The notes under the pieces were generated by a model, which saw only the letters and a program-made list of their open reading frames with translations, searched no databases and was not told where the DNA came from. From positions 11,445-75,444 of the forward strand of contig JAZQWJ010000075.1 in assembly GCA_045632285.1 (NCBI GenBank): a stretch of 64,000 bases of DNA, given 5' to 3'. Below, piece by piece: positions 26,944 to 37,443 of the stretch. Positions within the stretch are counted from its first letter, which is position 1. Each line of letters begins with the position of its first letter. The DNA comes from Eubacteriales bacterium. Lineage in GTDB: Bacteria > Bacillota > Clostridia > Oscillospirales > CAG-272. Both the position numbers and the translations under genes were made by a program.

Positions 26944-28434
26944 ATGGAGCAATATCTGGTTGGCATCGACATCGGCACATCGGGTACCAAAAGCGTGCTG
27001 TTTGCTTTGGACGGTACCATTGTGGCCGAGGCCGCTGCCGAATATCCGATGACTCAGCCCCAAAACGGCTGGGCAGAGCAGGATCCCGCCGATTGGTGGC
27101 AGGCGGTCTGTGCCACTCTGCGGGCCATTGCGCCCAAGGCTGTCAACGGCAAGATCGTGGGGCTTGGCCTTTCGGGGCAGATGCACAGCACGGTGCTGCT
27201 GGACGGCGATGACAACGTGATACGCCCTGCTATTTTATGGTGCGATCAGCGCACAGGTGCGGAATGCCGCGAGATCGAGGCGGCGGTGGGCAGAGATCGG
27301 TTGATCGAGATCACTGCAAACCCTGCACTGACGGGCTTTTCCGCAGCCAAGATCATGTGGATCAAAAAGCACGAGCCTGTGCATTTTGCAAGGTGCGCTC
27401 ACATCCTGCTTGCAAAGGACTATATCCGTTTTAAGCTGACGGGCGTATACGCCACCGAGGTATCGGACGCCTCGGGAATGCAACTTCTGGACGTGCCGAA
27501 GCGGGCGTGGAGCGCCGAGATCTGCGAAAGGCTGGGGATCGACATGGCGCTGCTGCCAAGAGTTTATGAGAGTGCCGAGGTCACGGGGCACGTGACAAGC
27601 GAGGCCGCGGTGTTGACGGGATTGCCTGCGGGATTGCCCGTTGCGGGCGGTGCGGGTGACAACGCCGCTGCTGCCATCGGTACGGGTGTTTGCCGCGCGG
27701 GCAAGGCTTTTACCACCATCGGCACCAGCGGCGTTGTCTTTGCCCCCACCGAAAGGCCTGTCATTGATTTCAAGGGACGTATCCACACTTTTTGCGCCGC
27801 AGTGCAGGGCCAATGGCACGTCATGGGTGTGACGCAGGCGGCCGGGCTGTCCTTGAATTGGTTTCGTAAAAATTGCGCGGGAGCGCTTTCTTACCGTGAG
27901 ATCGATGCGCTTTGCGAGCGTGTTCCCCTTGGCGCGGAAAAGCTGCTGTACCTGCCCTATCTGATGGGAGAGCGAACGCCGATCCTGGATGCCGATGCCC
28001 GCGGCGTGTTCTTCGGCCTTTCAGCCATGCATCAAACCGCCCATATGGCAAGAGCCGTGATCGAGGGCGTTTCCTATTCGCTTTATAGCTGCCTTGATAT
28101 CCTGCGAGAAAACAAGATTGCCGTGGATGATATGGCGCTGTGCGGCGGCGGTGGAAAGAGCGCCTTTTGGCAGCAACTGCTCTGTGACATTTACGGACTG
28201 CCCATTAAGACCGTGCAGTCCTCTGAGGGTGCCGCTCTGGGCGCCGCTGTTTTGGGCGGCTGTGCTGCAGGCGTCTATCCCTCTGTCGAGGCGGGATGTG
28301 CCGCAACGGTACGAGAAAACGCCGCTTTTTACCCCGATGCTGAACGGCACAAGGCCTATCTTGCATACTACGAAATTTATAAAGATCTGTACCCTGCGCT
28401 GCAAGGCTCCTTTGCCGCGCTCGGCAAGCTTTGA
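26944..28434 (+). CDS. xylB: xylulokinase (FGGY family)
   Basis: 496 aa with the N-terminal GIDIGTSGTKSVLF phosphate-1 motif and an FGGY layout. Confidence 0.82.
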   Translation: MEQYLVGIDIGTSGTKSVLFALDGTIVAEAAAEYPMTQPQNGWAEQDPADWWQAVCATLRAIAPKAVNGKIVGLGLSGQMHSTVLLDGDDNVIRPAILWCDQRTGAECREIEAAVGRDRLIEITANPALTGFSAAKIMWIKKHEPVHFARCAHILLAKDYIRFKLTGVYATEVSDASGMQLLDVPKRAWSAEICERLGIDMALLPRVYESAEVTGHVTSEAAVLTGLPAGLPVAGGAGDNAAAAIGTGVCRAGKAFTTIGTSGVVFAPTERPVIDFKGRIHTFCAAVQGQWHVMGVTQAAGLSLNWFRKNCAGALSYREIDALCERVPLGAEKLLYLPYLMGERTPILDADARGVFFGLSAMHQTAHMARAVIEGVSYSLYSCLDILRENKIAVDDMALCGGGGKSAFWQQLLCDIYGLPIKTVQSSEGAALGAAVLGGCAAGVYPSVEAGCAATVRENAAFYPDAERHKAYLAYYEIYKDLYPALQGSFAALGKL

Positions 28435-28446
28435 AAGGAGAATACT

Positions 28447-30333
28447 ATGACATTTCAGGAAAGAGCCAAAGCATTGGTCGCACAAATGACGTTGGAGGAA
28501 AAAATGGGGCAGATGCGCTATGACGCCCCTGCCATTGACCGCCTCGGTATCCCCGCCTATAACTGGTGGAATGAGTGCTTGCACGGCGTTGCCCGTGCAG
28601 GAGCGGCCACTGTATTCCCCCAGGCCATCGGTATGGCGGCAAGCTTTAATACGGAGCTGATGCACGAGGTTGCCACCGCCATCTCCGACGAAGCACGCGC
28701 CAAATACAACGAATATAAAAAGTTCGGATACACCGATATTTATCAGGGCCTGACCTATTGGTCACCCAATATCAATATTTTTCGCGATCCACGTTGGGGG
28801 CGCGGACACGAAACCTACGGCGAGGATCCTTATCTCACGGGTCGTATGGGCACCGCCTTCATCAAGGGCCTGCAGGGCGAGGGCAAGTACCGCAAGTTGG
28901 ACGCCACCATCAAGCATTTTGCCGTACACAGCGGCCCCGAAAGCCTGCGACACAGCTTTGACGTCAGCGTCAGCGAAAAGGACCTGTGGGAGACCTATCT
29001 CTGGGCGTTCAAGTACTGTATCGACAACGCCGACCCCTCCGCCGTGACGGGCGCATACAACCGTGTATACGGCGAGCCCTGCTGCGGCAGTCAAAAGCTG
29101 CTTGGCGAGATTCTGTACGGCAAGCTTGGCTTCAAGGGCTACGTGGTGTCGGATTGCAGTGCCGTGACCGATTTTCACAAAAATCATAAGGTGACCGCCA
29201 CTCCCGCCGAGAGCGCAGCGCTTGCCGTTAACAACGGATGTCACCTCAACTGCGGCAACGCCTACCGTTGGCTCAAGGATTCCTTTGAGGAGGGGCTCGT
29301 CAGCGAGGAGACCATCACCGCCGCCGTGGAGAAGCTGTTTGAGGCACGCTTCCGCCTTGGTATGTTTGACAGTGATTGCGAGTATAACAAGATCTCCTAC
29401 GACGTAGTGGAATGTGAAAAGCATACCGCCCTCAACCGCAAAATGGCGCAGGAGAGTATGGTCCTGCTTAAAAACGACGGTATTTTGCCGTTGAAGGGAG
29501 ACGAGACCATTGCTGTGCTCGGCCCCAATGCAGACAGCCAAAGGGCACTTTTGGGCAATTACAACGGTACTCCCACCAACTACACCACGGCACTGAAGGG
29601 CATTCAAGAGGGCACCACGGGGCGCGTCTATTATGCAAAGGGCGCCCATCTTTATATGAATGAGTCTACGGGTTGGAGGCAGCGTTACCTCAACGAAGCG
29701 CTTTTGCTCGCCAAAAAGGCCGACGTGGTAGTGCTTTGCCTTGGCCTTGATGCTTCTGTCGAGGGTGAGCAGAACGATGCTTTTTCCGCTGCGGGCTTCC
29801 AAAGCGGTGATAAGACCGACATTTCTCTGCCTGCGGGCCAGCGCGCGCTGCTGGAGGGTGTGATCGCCCTCGGCAAGCCCACGGTGCTGGTCAATATAAC
29901 GGGCAGCTGCGTGGATCTGTCCTTTGCCGATGCGCATTGCAATGCCGTTCTGCAATGCTTTTATCCCGGTGCCGAGGGCGGCCACGCCTTGGCCGACGTC
30001 CTTTTCGGCAAGGTGTCGCCCTGCGGTCGCTTGCCGGTCAGCTTTTATCGCTCGGTGGAGGATCTGCCGCCCTTTGAGGATTACAGCATGGAAAACCGCA
30101 CCTATAAATTCTTCAAGGGTAAATGCGTGTACGAATTCGGATATGGTCTGACCTATACCGAGGTGGAGGAGCGCTGGATCGATGAGCATACCGTAGAGCT
30201 TTTCAACAAGGGCGGTTACGAGATCAACTATACGGTGCTGAAATTTTCGTATATTCCTCATAAAAATCTATGCGGCTTTGAAAAGGTGCATCTAAAGGCC
30301 GGAGAGAAAAAGACGGTCGTCTTTACACGATGA
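28447..30333 (+). CDS. GH3 beta-xylosidase/beta-glucosidase
   Basis: 628 aa with KHFAVHSGPE, the nucleophile-region GYVVSDCSAV, and the C-terminal FGYGLTYT. Confidence 0.88.
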   Translation: MTFQERAKALVAQMTLEEKMGQMRYDAPAIDRLGIPAYNWWNECLHGVARAGAATVFPQAIGMAASFNTELMHEVATAISDEARAKYNEYKKFGYTDIYQGLTYWSPNINIFRDPRWGRGHETYGEDPYLTGRMGTAFIKGLQGEGKYRKLDATIKHFAVHSGPESLRHSFDVSVSEKDLWETYLWAFKYCIDNADPSAVTGAYNRVYGEPCCGSQKLLGEILYGKLGFKGYVVSDCSAVTDFHKNHKVTATPAESAALAVNNGCHLNCGNAYRWLKDSFEEGLVSEETITAAVEKLFEARFRLGMFDSDCEYNKISYDVVECEKHTALNRKMAQESMVLLKNDGILPLKGDETIAVLGPNADSQRALLGNYNGTPTNYTTALKGIQEGTTGRVYYAKGAHLYMNESTGWRQRYLNEALLLAKKADVVVLCLGLDASVEGEQNDAFSAAGFQSGDKTDISLPAGQRALLEGVIALGKPTVLVNITGSCVDLSFADAHCNAVLQCFYPGAEGGHALADVLFGKVSPCGRLPVSFYRSVEDLPPFEDYSMENRTYKFFKGKCVYEFGYGLTYTEVEERWIDEHTVELFNKGGYEINYTVLKFSYIPHKNLCGFEKVHLKAGEKKTVVFTR

Positions 30334-30334
30334 C

Positions 30335-30372
30335 AAAAAGATCCCGCTGTGAGCTTCACAGCGGGATTTTTT
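30335..30372 (+). terminator. rho-independent terminator
   Basis: Stem gatcccgctgtga / tcacagcgggat(t) followed by tttttt. Confidence 0.8.
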
Positions 30373-30444
30373 GCGCAAAACGGTTGATTTATAAGATAAT
30401 TTATGTTAAAATAAAATATAATTTATGCGCAAGGGGATGAATTG

Positions 30445-31323
30445 ATGAAGCTTTCTTCACTTTTTTCTCAAAATAAGCTGTCGCTGTCCTTCGAGGTCTT
30501 TCCTCCCAAGACCGACAGCGCCTTTGACAGCGTCAAGCACGCCACCGAGGAGATCGCCACCTTAAAGCCCTCGTTTATGAGCGTGACCTACGGCGCGGGC
30601 GGCGGCACCAGCCGCTATACGCTGGAGATCGCCAAAAATATCAAGGAGCGCTACGGTGTGCCCACACTGGCCCACCTCACCTGTGTGTCCTCTACAAAGG
30701 AAACGGTATGGGCACGCATTGCCGAAATGGCGGCAATGGGCATTGAAAACGTGATGGCACTGCGGGGCGATATCCCCACCGATCTTGCCGATAGCGATCG
30801 CTCCGGCTGGGACTATCGCTATGCGGTGGATCTGATCCGTGACATCCGCGAGAGCGGAGTGGATTTTTGCATCGGTGGCGCTTGCTACCCGGAGGTGCAT
30901 CCCGAAAGCAGCAACCAAAAAGAGGATATTCTGCACCTGAAGGAAAAGGTGGATGCGGGTTGCTCCTTTCTTACAACGCAGATGTTTTTTGACAACAATC
31001 TCCTTTATAATTTCCTCTACAAGATCCGCGAGGCGGGCATCACCGTTCCCGTGGTCCCCGGCATTATGCCCATCACCAACGCCAATCAGGTCGAGCGCGC
31101 TATCAAACTGTCGGGCTCGTTTATGCCCCAGCGCTTCAAAAGCCTTGTGGACAAATTCGGCTACTCGCCGGCGGCCATGAAGCAGGCGGGTATCGCTTAC
31201 GCTACCGACCAGATCATCGATCTGTTTGCCAACGGTATCACCAACGTGCACGTGTATTCTATGAACAAGCCCGATGTGGCTGCGGGCATCCGCGCCAATC
31301 TGTCGGATATTTTGGACGGTTGA
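30445..31323 (+). CDS. metF: 5,10-methylenetetrahydrofolate reductase
   Basis: 292 aa with MetF-type sequence (SFEVFPPKT, SVTYGAGGGT, ALRGD). Confidence 0.9.
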   Translation: MKLSSLFSQNKLSLSFEVFPPKTDSAFDSVKHATEEIATLKPSFMSVTYGAGGGTSRYTLEIAKNIKERYGVPTLAHLTCVSSTKETVWARIAEMAAMGIENVMALRGDIPTDLADSDRSGWDYRYAVDLIRDIRESGVDFCIGGACYPEVHPESSNQKEDILHLKEKVDAGCSFLTTQMFFDNNLLYNFLYKIREAGITVPVVPGIMPITNANQVERAIKLSGSFMPQRFKSLVDKFGYSPAAMKQAGIAYATDQIIDLFANGITNVHVYSMNKPDVAAGIRANLSDILDG

Positions 31324-31324
31324 A

Positions 31325-33724
31325 ATGAAGATCGCAGAATTTGTTAAGGAAAATATCCTGTACCTTGACGGCGGTATGGGAACGCTTTTACAGGAGGCGG
31401 GACTTGCCCCCGGCGAGCTGCCGGAGCGCTGGAATCTGACCCATCCCGATACCGTTACAGCGGTGCATCGCGATTATTTTAACGCGGGCAGCCACGTGGT
31501 CTGCACCAACACCTTTGGTGCCAATTACCTGAAATTTGATCAGGCCGAATTAGAAGAGATCGTTGCTGCTGCGGTGGCAAATGCCAAGGCGGCGCGCGAC
31601 ACTGCCGCAGGCACACAGCAAAAGTGGATCGCGCTTGATATCGGCCCCACCGGGCGGATGCTCGCGCCTCTTGGCGATCTTGATTTTGAGGATGCCGTGG
31701 CGGTGTTTGCCCAAACGGTGCGTCTTGGCGTTAAGCACGGCGTGGACCTGATCCTCATCGAGACTATGGCCGACAGCTATGAAACCAAGGCTGCGCTGCT
31801 TGCCGCCAAGGAAAACAGCGATCTGCCCGTGTTTGTGTCCAATGCCTACGGTGCCGACGGAAAGCTGATGACGGGTGCTTCGCCCGCGGCGATGGTGGCG
31901 ATGCTGGAGGGACTTGGCGCCGATGCCATTGGCGTCAACTGTTCGCTTGGTCCCAATGCGCTGGCCCCCGTGGTAGAGGAATATCTGAAATATGCCTCGG
32001 TCCCTGTGCTCCTCAAGCCCAATGCGGGGCTCCCCCGTGCCGAGGGAGGGAAGACCGTGTATGACGTGTCGCCCGCGGCATTTGCCGCCGAGGTAAAGAC
32101 CCTGGCCAAGCACGGCGTGCGGATCATAGGCGGCTGCTGCGGTACCACCCCTGCCTATATCCGTGAAACCGTTAAAAATACAGAAAAACTCACCCCGTTG
32201 CCCATCCAATTCAAAAATCACACCTGCGTTTCCTCTTATACGCGCGCTGTTTTCTTTGGAGAAGCGCCGATCCTGATCGGCGAGCGCATCAACCCTACGG
32301 GGAAAAAGCGTTTTAAAGAGGCATTGCGCGCAAACGATATGGATCATATCCTGCAAGAGGGCGTTGCGCAGTCCGAAAAAGGCGTACATGTTTTGGATGT
32401 AAACGTTGGCCTACCCGAAATCAACGAGCCCGCTATGCTGCGTCGCTCTGTGTGCGAGCTGCAGGCCATTCTTGATCTGCCCTTGCAGATCGATACTGCC
32501 GATCCCATTGCAATGGAAGGGGCGCTGCGCCGCTATAACGGTAAGGCGATGATCAACTCTGTAAACGGCAAGCAAGAAAGCCTTGACGCCGTGCTGCCGC
32601 TGGTAAAAAAATACGGTGGTGTTGTGGTCGCACTGACCCTTGACGAGCGGGGGATTCCGCAAAAAGCCTCCGAACGGGTCGAGATATGCCGCAAGATCCT
32701 GGCCGAAGCCGCCAAATACGGCATTGACAAAAGGGATATTATTTTCGATCCGCTTGCTCTTACGGTCAGTGCCGACAGCGGTGCAGCGCTTGAAACGCTG
32801 CGCGCGGTCGAGATCATCCGCAAGGAGCTTGGCTGCCACACGTCGCTTGGCGTTTCCAATGTGTCCTTTGGGTTACCTTGCCGTGATGCCGTCAACAGCA
32901 CCTTCTTTGCGCTGGCACTGCAAAACGGCCTTTCCGCCGCCATTATGAACCCCTATTCTGCGGATATGATGAAGACCTATTATGCGTTTTGCGCTTTGCA
33001 GGGGATGGACGAAAATTGCGCGGCGTATATCGAATTTGCCTCTCAACTGCCTGTCGTGGCAGCAGGCGCAATGACCGCCCCAACGGTAACCGCCTCCGAG
33101 CAAGAGGAAACGCCCCTGCAAAGAGCTATCGTAAAGGGCTTGCGAGAGCAAGCCGTGGCGTTGACTGCATCGCTTCTGGATAGCACCGAGCCCCTGCGCG
33201 TCGTGCAGGAGGAGATCATTCCCGCCTTGGATACGGTAGGGCGCGGATTTGAAAAGAAAACGCTGTATCTCCCCCAGCTTTTGATGAGCGCCGAGGCGGC
33301 TAAGGCGGCCTTTGAGGAGATCAAGGGGCGAATGCCGGCAGAACGCGGCGAAAACGGAAAAAACGTGATAATCGCTACCGTTAAGGGGGATATTCACGAT
33401 ATCGGCAAAAATATCGTAAGGCTTTTGCTTGAAAATTACGGCTTTGCCGTGACCGATCTTGGCCGTGACGTTGCACCCGAGACGGTGGCGGATGCCGCCG
33501 TAGCTCTGCACGCGGAGCTGGTCGGTCTCAGTGCACTGATGACCACCACCGTGCCCGCAATGGAAGAGACGGTCAAGCTTTTGCGCACACGGGCACCGTG
33601 GTGTAAGATCATGGTAGGTGGTGCCGTGCTGACTGCCGAATACGCCGCCGCCATCGGCGCCGATTATTATGGCGCCGATGCAATGTCGGCCGTTCGATAC
33701 GCAGAACAGCTTTGTAAGGAATGA
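31325..33724 (+). CDS. metH: cobalamin-dependent methionine synthase, short form without a reactivation domain
   Basis: 799 aa. Contains an Hcy-methyltransferase N-terminus (LYLDGGMGT), a pterin-binding middle region, and the B12-binding DxHxxG motif (GDIHDIGKN). It ends shortly after the B12 domain. Confidence 0.9.
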   Translation: MKIAEFVKENILYLDGGMGTLLQEAGLAPGELPERWNLTHPDTVTAVHRDYFNAGSHVVCTNTFGANYLKFDQAELEEIVAAAVANAKAARDTAAGTQQKWIALDIGPTGRMLAPLGDLDFEDAVAVFAQTVRLGVKHGVDLILIETMADSYETKAALLAAKENSDLPVFVSNAYGADGKLMTGASPAAMVAMLEGLGADAIGVNCSLGPNALAPVVEEYLKYASVPVLLKPNAGLPRAEGGKTVYDVSPAAFAAEVKTLAKHGVRIIGGCCGTTPAYIRETVKNTEKLTPLPIQFKNHTCVSSYTRAVFFGEAPILIGERINPTGKKRFKEALRANDMDHILQEGVAQSEKGVHVLDVNVGLPEINEPAMLRRSVCELQAILDLPLQIDTADPIAMEGALRRYNGKAMINSVNGKQESLDAVLPLVKKYGGVVVALTLDERGIPQKASERVEICRKILAEAAKYGIDKRDIIFDPLALTVSADSGAALETLRAVEIIRKELGCHTSLGVSNVSFGLPCRDAVNSTFFALALQNGLSAAIMNPYSADMMKTYYAFCALQGMDENCAAYIEFASQLPVVAAGAMTAPTVTASEQEETPLQRAIVKGLREQAVALTASLLDSTEPLRVVQEEIIPALDTVGRGFEKKTLYLPQLLMSAEAAKAAFEEIKGRMPAERGENGKNVIIATVKGDIHDIGKNIVRLLLENYGFAVTDLGRDVAPETVADAAVALHAELVGLSALMTTTVPAMEETVKLLRTRAPWCKIMVGGAVLTAEYAAAIGADYYGADAMSAVRYAEQLCKE

Positions 33725-34938
33725 GGTTTTTGACAATGAATAAAAATGTAAAAAATGCGATCTGCCTGGGTAGTCTTTGCTCTGTGGCATATCTGGCGGT
33801 CTATATTGCCCGCAACGTGCTTGGTGCCGTTTCGTCGCAAATGACCGCTTCGGGCGAGTTTCTGGAGTCTTACATCGGCGACCTGCTGTTTTTCTACTAT
33901 ATGTGCTATGCCATCGGCCAGCTGATCAACGGCTTTATCGGTGATAAGATCAAGGCGCGTTATATGATCAGCTTTGGCCTGCTGTTTGCCGGACTGACAA
34001 ATCTGCTGTTTTCTTTAACGGCAGTAAACGGCTCCGTGGGTGCAATGGTCGCCTATGGCGCAACAGGCTTTTTCCTGGCTATGATCTATGGCCCAATGAC
34101 CAAGGTCGTTTCGGAAAATACCGAGCCTCATCATGCTACCCGTTGTAGCCTTGGATATACCTTTGCTTCCTTCTTCGGCTCGCCGCTGGCCGGCTTGCTT
34201 GCCACGTTTTTTGTGTGGCAGACCGTGTTTGCCGTCAGCAGCGTCGCACTGTTTGTGATGGCAGTGGCCTGCTTTGCGCTTTTTCTTGTTATGGAGAAAA
34301 AGGGGATCGTCAAGTACGGTCAATACAAAACCGAAAAAAGCAAGGGCGGTAGCATCAAGGTGCTGTTCCGCTACCGTATCGTCAAATTTTCGCTGATCGC
34401 GGCCATCACCGGTGTGGTCAGAACGGCACTGATCTCTTTTCTTACCGAATATTTTGACGATTTTCTCGGCTTCGGTGACAAGGCGTCGGTGGTCTTTACC
34501 GTTGTTACGGCAGTGATCTCGGCTTCGGCCTTTGTGTCGGTGTTTGTTTACGAGTGTCTGCACCGCAATATGGATCTGACCATTCTTATCATGTTTTCGC
34601 TGTCCGCCTGCTTCTTCCTTGCCGTGTATTTCGTCGGCAATCCCATTGTAAACGTGATCTTCTTGGTGTTGGCCATTATGGCCTCCAATTCTGCGGCTAC
34701 GATGCTGTGGAGCCGCTATTGCCCCAGTCTGCGCGATACGGGTATGGTGTCGGGAGCTACGGGCTTTTTGGATTTTCTCAGCTATATGGCAGCCGCGCTT
34801 GCCAGCACACTGATCGGCCGTGCTATTACGGGTATCGGTTGGAGCAATCTGATCCTGATCTTGATGGGCCTGATGCTTTGCGGCGTTGCCGTTGCCCTTC
34901 CTTACGACAAATTCAAAAGAAAGCCTGTTGAACAATAA
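33721..34938 (+). CDS. MFS transporter
   Basis: 405 aa with about 12 TM segments. The ATG overlaps the metH stop (ATGA). Confidence 0.8.
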   Translation: MRFLTMNKNVKNAICLGSLCSVAYLAVYIARNVLGAVSSQMTASGEFLESYIGDLLFFYYMCYAIGQLINGFIGDKIKARYMISFGLLFAGLTNLLFSLTAVNGSVGAMVAYGATGFFLAMIYGPMTKVVSENTEPHHATRCSLGYTFASFFGSPLAGLLATFFVWQTVFAVSSVALFVMAVACFALFLVMEKKGIVKYGQYKTEKSKGGSIKVLFRYRIVKFSLIAAITGVVRTALISFLTEYFDDFLGFGDKASVVFTVVTAVISASAFVSVFVYECLHRNMDLTILIMFSLSACFFLAVYFVGNPIVNVIFLVLAIMASNSAATMLWSRYCPSLRDTGMVSGATGFLDFLSYMAAALASTLIGRAITGIGWSNLILILMGLMLCGVAVALPYDKFKRKPVEQ

Positions 34939-34981
34939 AAAAGCAAAACGGTTGCGATTTTCGCAACCGTTTTGCTTTTTT
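34937..34981. terminator. bidirectional terminator
   Basis: Long stem aaaaaagcaaaacggttgcga / tcgcaaccgttttgctttttt. Confidence 0.8.
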
Positions 34982-34988
34982 GTGATAT

Positions 34989-36296
34989 TCAATCCTTTAA
35001 TTGCAGCTTCATGTCGTCGGCCAAGCGTTCAATGCAATCACGCTCTAAGGCACCAAGCAGACCCGATGCAGAAAAAACCAGATATTCGCCCGCAAAGTCG
35101 CCGTTATCGATATAGCGGCTGCGATATGTGTCTCCAACCATGATCTCAAAGGGAACGGGATTGACGATCAGCAGCTTGGTATCCGCGCTGTCAAACGAGA
35201 AATCCAAATGGGTGGTAAAGCGGTATAGCTCTACCTTTCGGTGGCGGTAATAGCCGGGAGCACCGTTCTTGGATGCTTGCGAAAGGTTGGCGCCAATGCC
35301 AAACAGACCGTGGCGCACGGCACTGATACCGCCCTGGCGCAGGCCAAGGCTATGCTCGATAGCGGCAGTACCGTTTTCGGATAGGATCAGCGTTGTGCCG
35401 TAGCTTACTGCCGCAAGCATCTTGCAGGCATAGCGCTTTCCCTTTGCGTCTATCGTAAAATTAATGTCGCCCTTGTTGCGAAAGATCGAGCGGTAGGGGC
35501 GCTTTACGTCGGAAAGGATAAAGCCTTGCTTTTTGCAAAGTGCCCGCAACAAGCGCAAAAACCTTTTGCGGATACGGAGTGCGCGTGTGTAGCGCCATAC
35601 AAGCAAGAACAAAAGAAAGGCCGCCAAGGGGATCAGTAGCAGCCAAACCGCAAAATAGACGGTCAGGATCACAGGCAGCACAAAGGAAAGGGCGAAAAAT
35701 GCCAACAGATACAAAGGGAGGATCAGACAAAGCGATCCGATGGGCGAACGCTCTGTTTCGCAAAGCTGGTTGCGCCGTTCCATATCATACCAACGGTACA
35801 GCGCCATGGTGTGCTGCCAGAGCAACGTGATAAAGAAAAAGGGAAGAATGATGCACCGCATGAAAAGCCCCTGTATGACAGGGGAGAGGGCGGAATGGCG
35901 GAACAAAATATCCTCTAACGGATAAAATCCGCACGCTGCGGGCAGTATTGTGCCAAGCGCCAACACAACACCGGTCTCAATCCAAAAATAGCGGCAGCGC
36001 AGCACCGCTCCAACGTTGTGCCAAAAGCCCTCAAAGTCGTCAGCACCGGGATATAGCTCCCGTTGCATCACGATGTCCCGCTCGGCGGGAATGCGCACCA
36101 TACTGGCAAATACAAAGGGAATAAAGATCGCCCGCAGCACCGAGGGCATAAGCCCCTCGGCTATCTCGGGGTCGACGGTCTGCGTTGAGGTGCGGAACAG
36201 CAAAGAGCCCAGCGCCATAACAATAACAAAAAGGAAATAGGAGGACAGACCGCGCCACACGCGCATATAATAAGGGAGATATTTTTTTAGATCCAT
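34989..36296 (-). CDS. membrane protein with C-terminal soluble domain, unknown function
   Basis: 435 aa from MDLKKYLPYY. The N-terminal about 270 aa are polytopic, followed by a basic linker (RALRIRKRFLRLLRALCKK) and a soluble domain of about 150 aa. Confidence 0.65.
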   Translation of the reverse strand: MDLKKYLPYYMRVWRGLSSYFLFVIVMALGSLLFRTSTQTVDPEIAEGLMPSVLRAIFIPFVFASMVRIPAERDIVMQRELYPGADDFEGFWHNVGAVLRCRYFWIETGVVLALGTILPAACGFYPLEDILFRHSALSPVIQGLFMRCIILPFFFITLLWQHTMALYRWYDMERRNQLCETERSPIGSLCLILPLYLLAFFALSFVLPVILTVYFAVWLLLIPLAAFLLFLLVWRYTRALRIRKRFLRLLRALCKKQGFILSDVKRPYRSIFRNKGDINFTIDAKGKRYACKMLAAVSYGTTLILSENGTAAIEHSLGLRQGGISAVRHGLFGIGANLSQASKNGAPGYYRHRKVELYRFTTHLDFSFDSADTKLLIVNPVPFEIMVGDTYRSRYIDNGDFAGEYLVFSASGLLGALERDCIERLADDMKLQLKD

Positions 36297-36324
36297 ATGC
36301 GCTCCTTTCTGCCGATCCGGTCTG

Positions 36325-37443
36325 TTATAGGGGCAATTTTTTTGCGACCTGCTCCAAAAGCTCGCCTGCGTGCGCCATAGAATAAGCGGCGTCGGGGGCA
36401 TAGTCTCCAATGGCCAGGATGTCTGCAAGCCCCATATCCAGCAGAGCCTGCTTGTCGTCACCAATGCAACCTACAAGTGCGTATACCGGCCGCCCCTTTG
36501 CGGCCGCTGCGCGGCATACGCCGCTGATGGCTTTGCCAAACAGGCTTTGACGGTCGATCTTACCCTCGCCCGTGATCACGGCGTCGGCGCGGTCAAGCAG
36601 TGCGTCAAAGCCGATCGCATCCAGCACCGCGTCAATGCCGGAGCGGATCGTTGCGTTGCAAAATGCCAGCAACGGTGTAGAAAAACCGCCACCGGCACCG
36701 CAGCCGGGGGTGTTGGCTATCGCTTTGCCGCAAAGCTGCTCAAGCAGGGCTACGTAGTGGGTCATTCCTGCCTCCATCTGTGCCAGCGCCACATCGTCCG
36801 CACCCTTTTGGCGGGCATAAACGTAGGTGGCGCCGTCGGCGCCCAACAGGGGATTTTTTACGTCGGTGGCAATGGTAAATTCACATTGGCTCAAGCGGCT
36901 GTCTGCCGTGGCAGTGTCGATTTTTGCAATGCTTGCCAGTGTGCCGCCTGTGGGTACAAAGCGGATGCCGTCGGCATCGTAAAAACCAATGCCCAGTGCC
37001 GCAGCCATGCCGCAGCCGCCGTCGTTGGTGCCGCTTCCGCCTACTGTCAGCAAAAAATGACGGTAGCCGCGATCAAGCGCATCCTTGATCAGCTCACCTG
37101 CACCGTAGGTGGTGGCAGTCAATGCCGAGCGCTCTCCTTCGGGGGTCAGCGTCAGACCGGCAGCCCGCGCCATTTCGATCACGGCAGTGTCACCGATATG
37201 CCCGTACTCTGCCGCCACAGGACTGCCGTTCGTGCCCGTTACAGTCAACGTCAGGCGGTCTTCGCAGGGTACCAATGCATCCAGCGTGCCCTCGCCGCCG
37301 TCAGCGATGGGTGCACAAATGGATTCTACTGCTTCTCCATACGCGCTTTTCAGGCCGCGAGCAATGGCTGCGGCGGCATTTTCGGCAGAAATGCTGCCTT
37401 TGAACGAGTCGGGGGAGATCAAAACAGTTTTGCGCTTTTGCAT
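36325..37443 (-). CDS. glxK: glycerate kinase
   Basis: 372 aa from MQKRKTVLISPDSFKGS, the canonical N-terminal motif, with GGAGG upstream. Confidence 0.9.
   Translation of the reverse strand: MQKRKTVLISPDSFKGSISAENAAAAIARGLKSAYGEAVESICAPIADGGEGTLDALVPCEDRLTLTVTGTNGSPVAAEYGHIGDTAVIEMARAAGLTLTPEGERSALTATTYGAGELIKDALDRGYRHFLLTVGGSGTNDGGCGMAAALGIGFYDADGIRFVPTGGTLASIAKIDTATADSRLSQCEFTIATDVKNPLLGADGATYVYARQKGADDVALAQMEAGMTHYVALLEQLCGKAIANTPGCGAGGGFSTPLLAFCNATIRSGIDAVLDAIGFDALLDRADAVITGEGKIDRQSLFGKAISGVCRAAAAKGRPVYALVGCIGDDKQALLDMGLADILAIGDYAPDAAYSMAHAGELLEQVAKKLPL

Noticed and set aside
28447-30333. The GH3 gene as a C-terminally truncated pseudogene, since the region after FGYGLTYT is shorter than in many GH3 enzymes.
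   Set aside because: The ORF ends with a clean stop, followed 1 nt later by a strong rho-independent terminator, and no downstream frame continues the protein. It is most simply a naturally short form.
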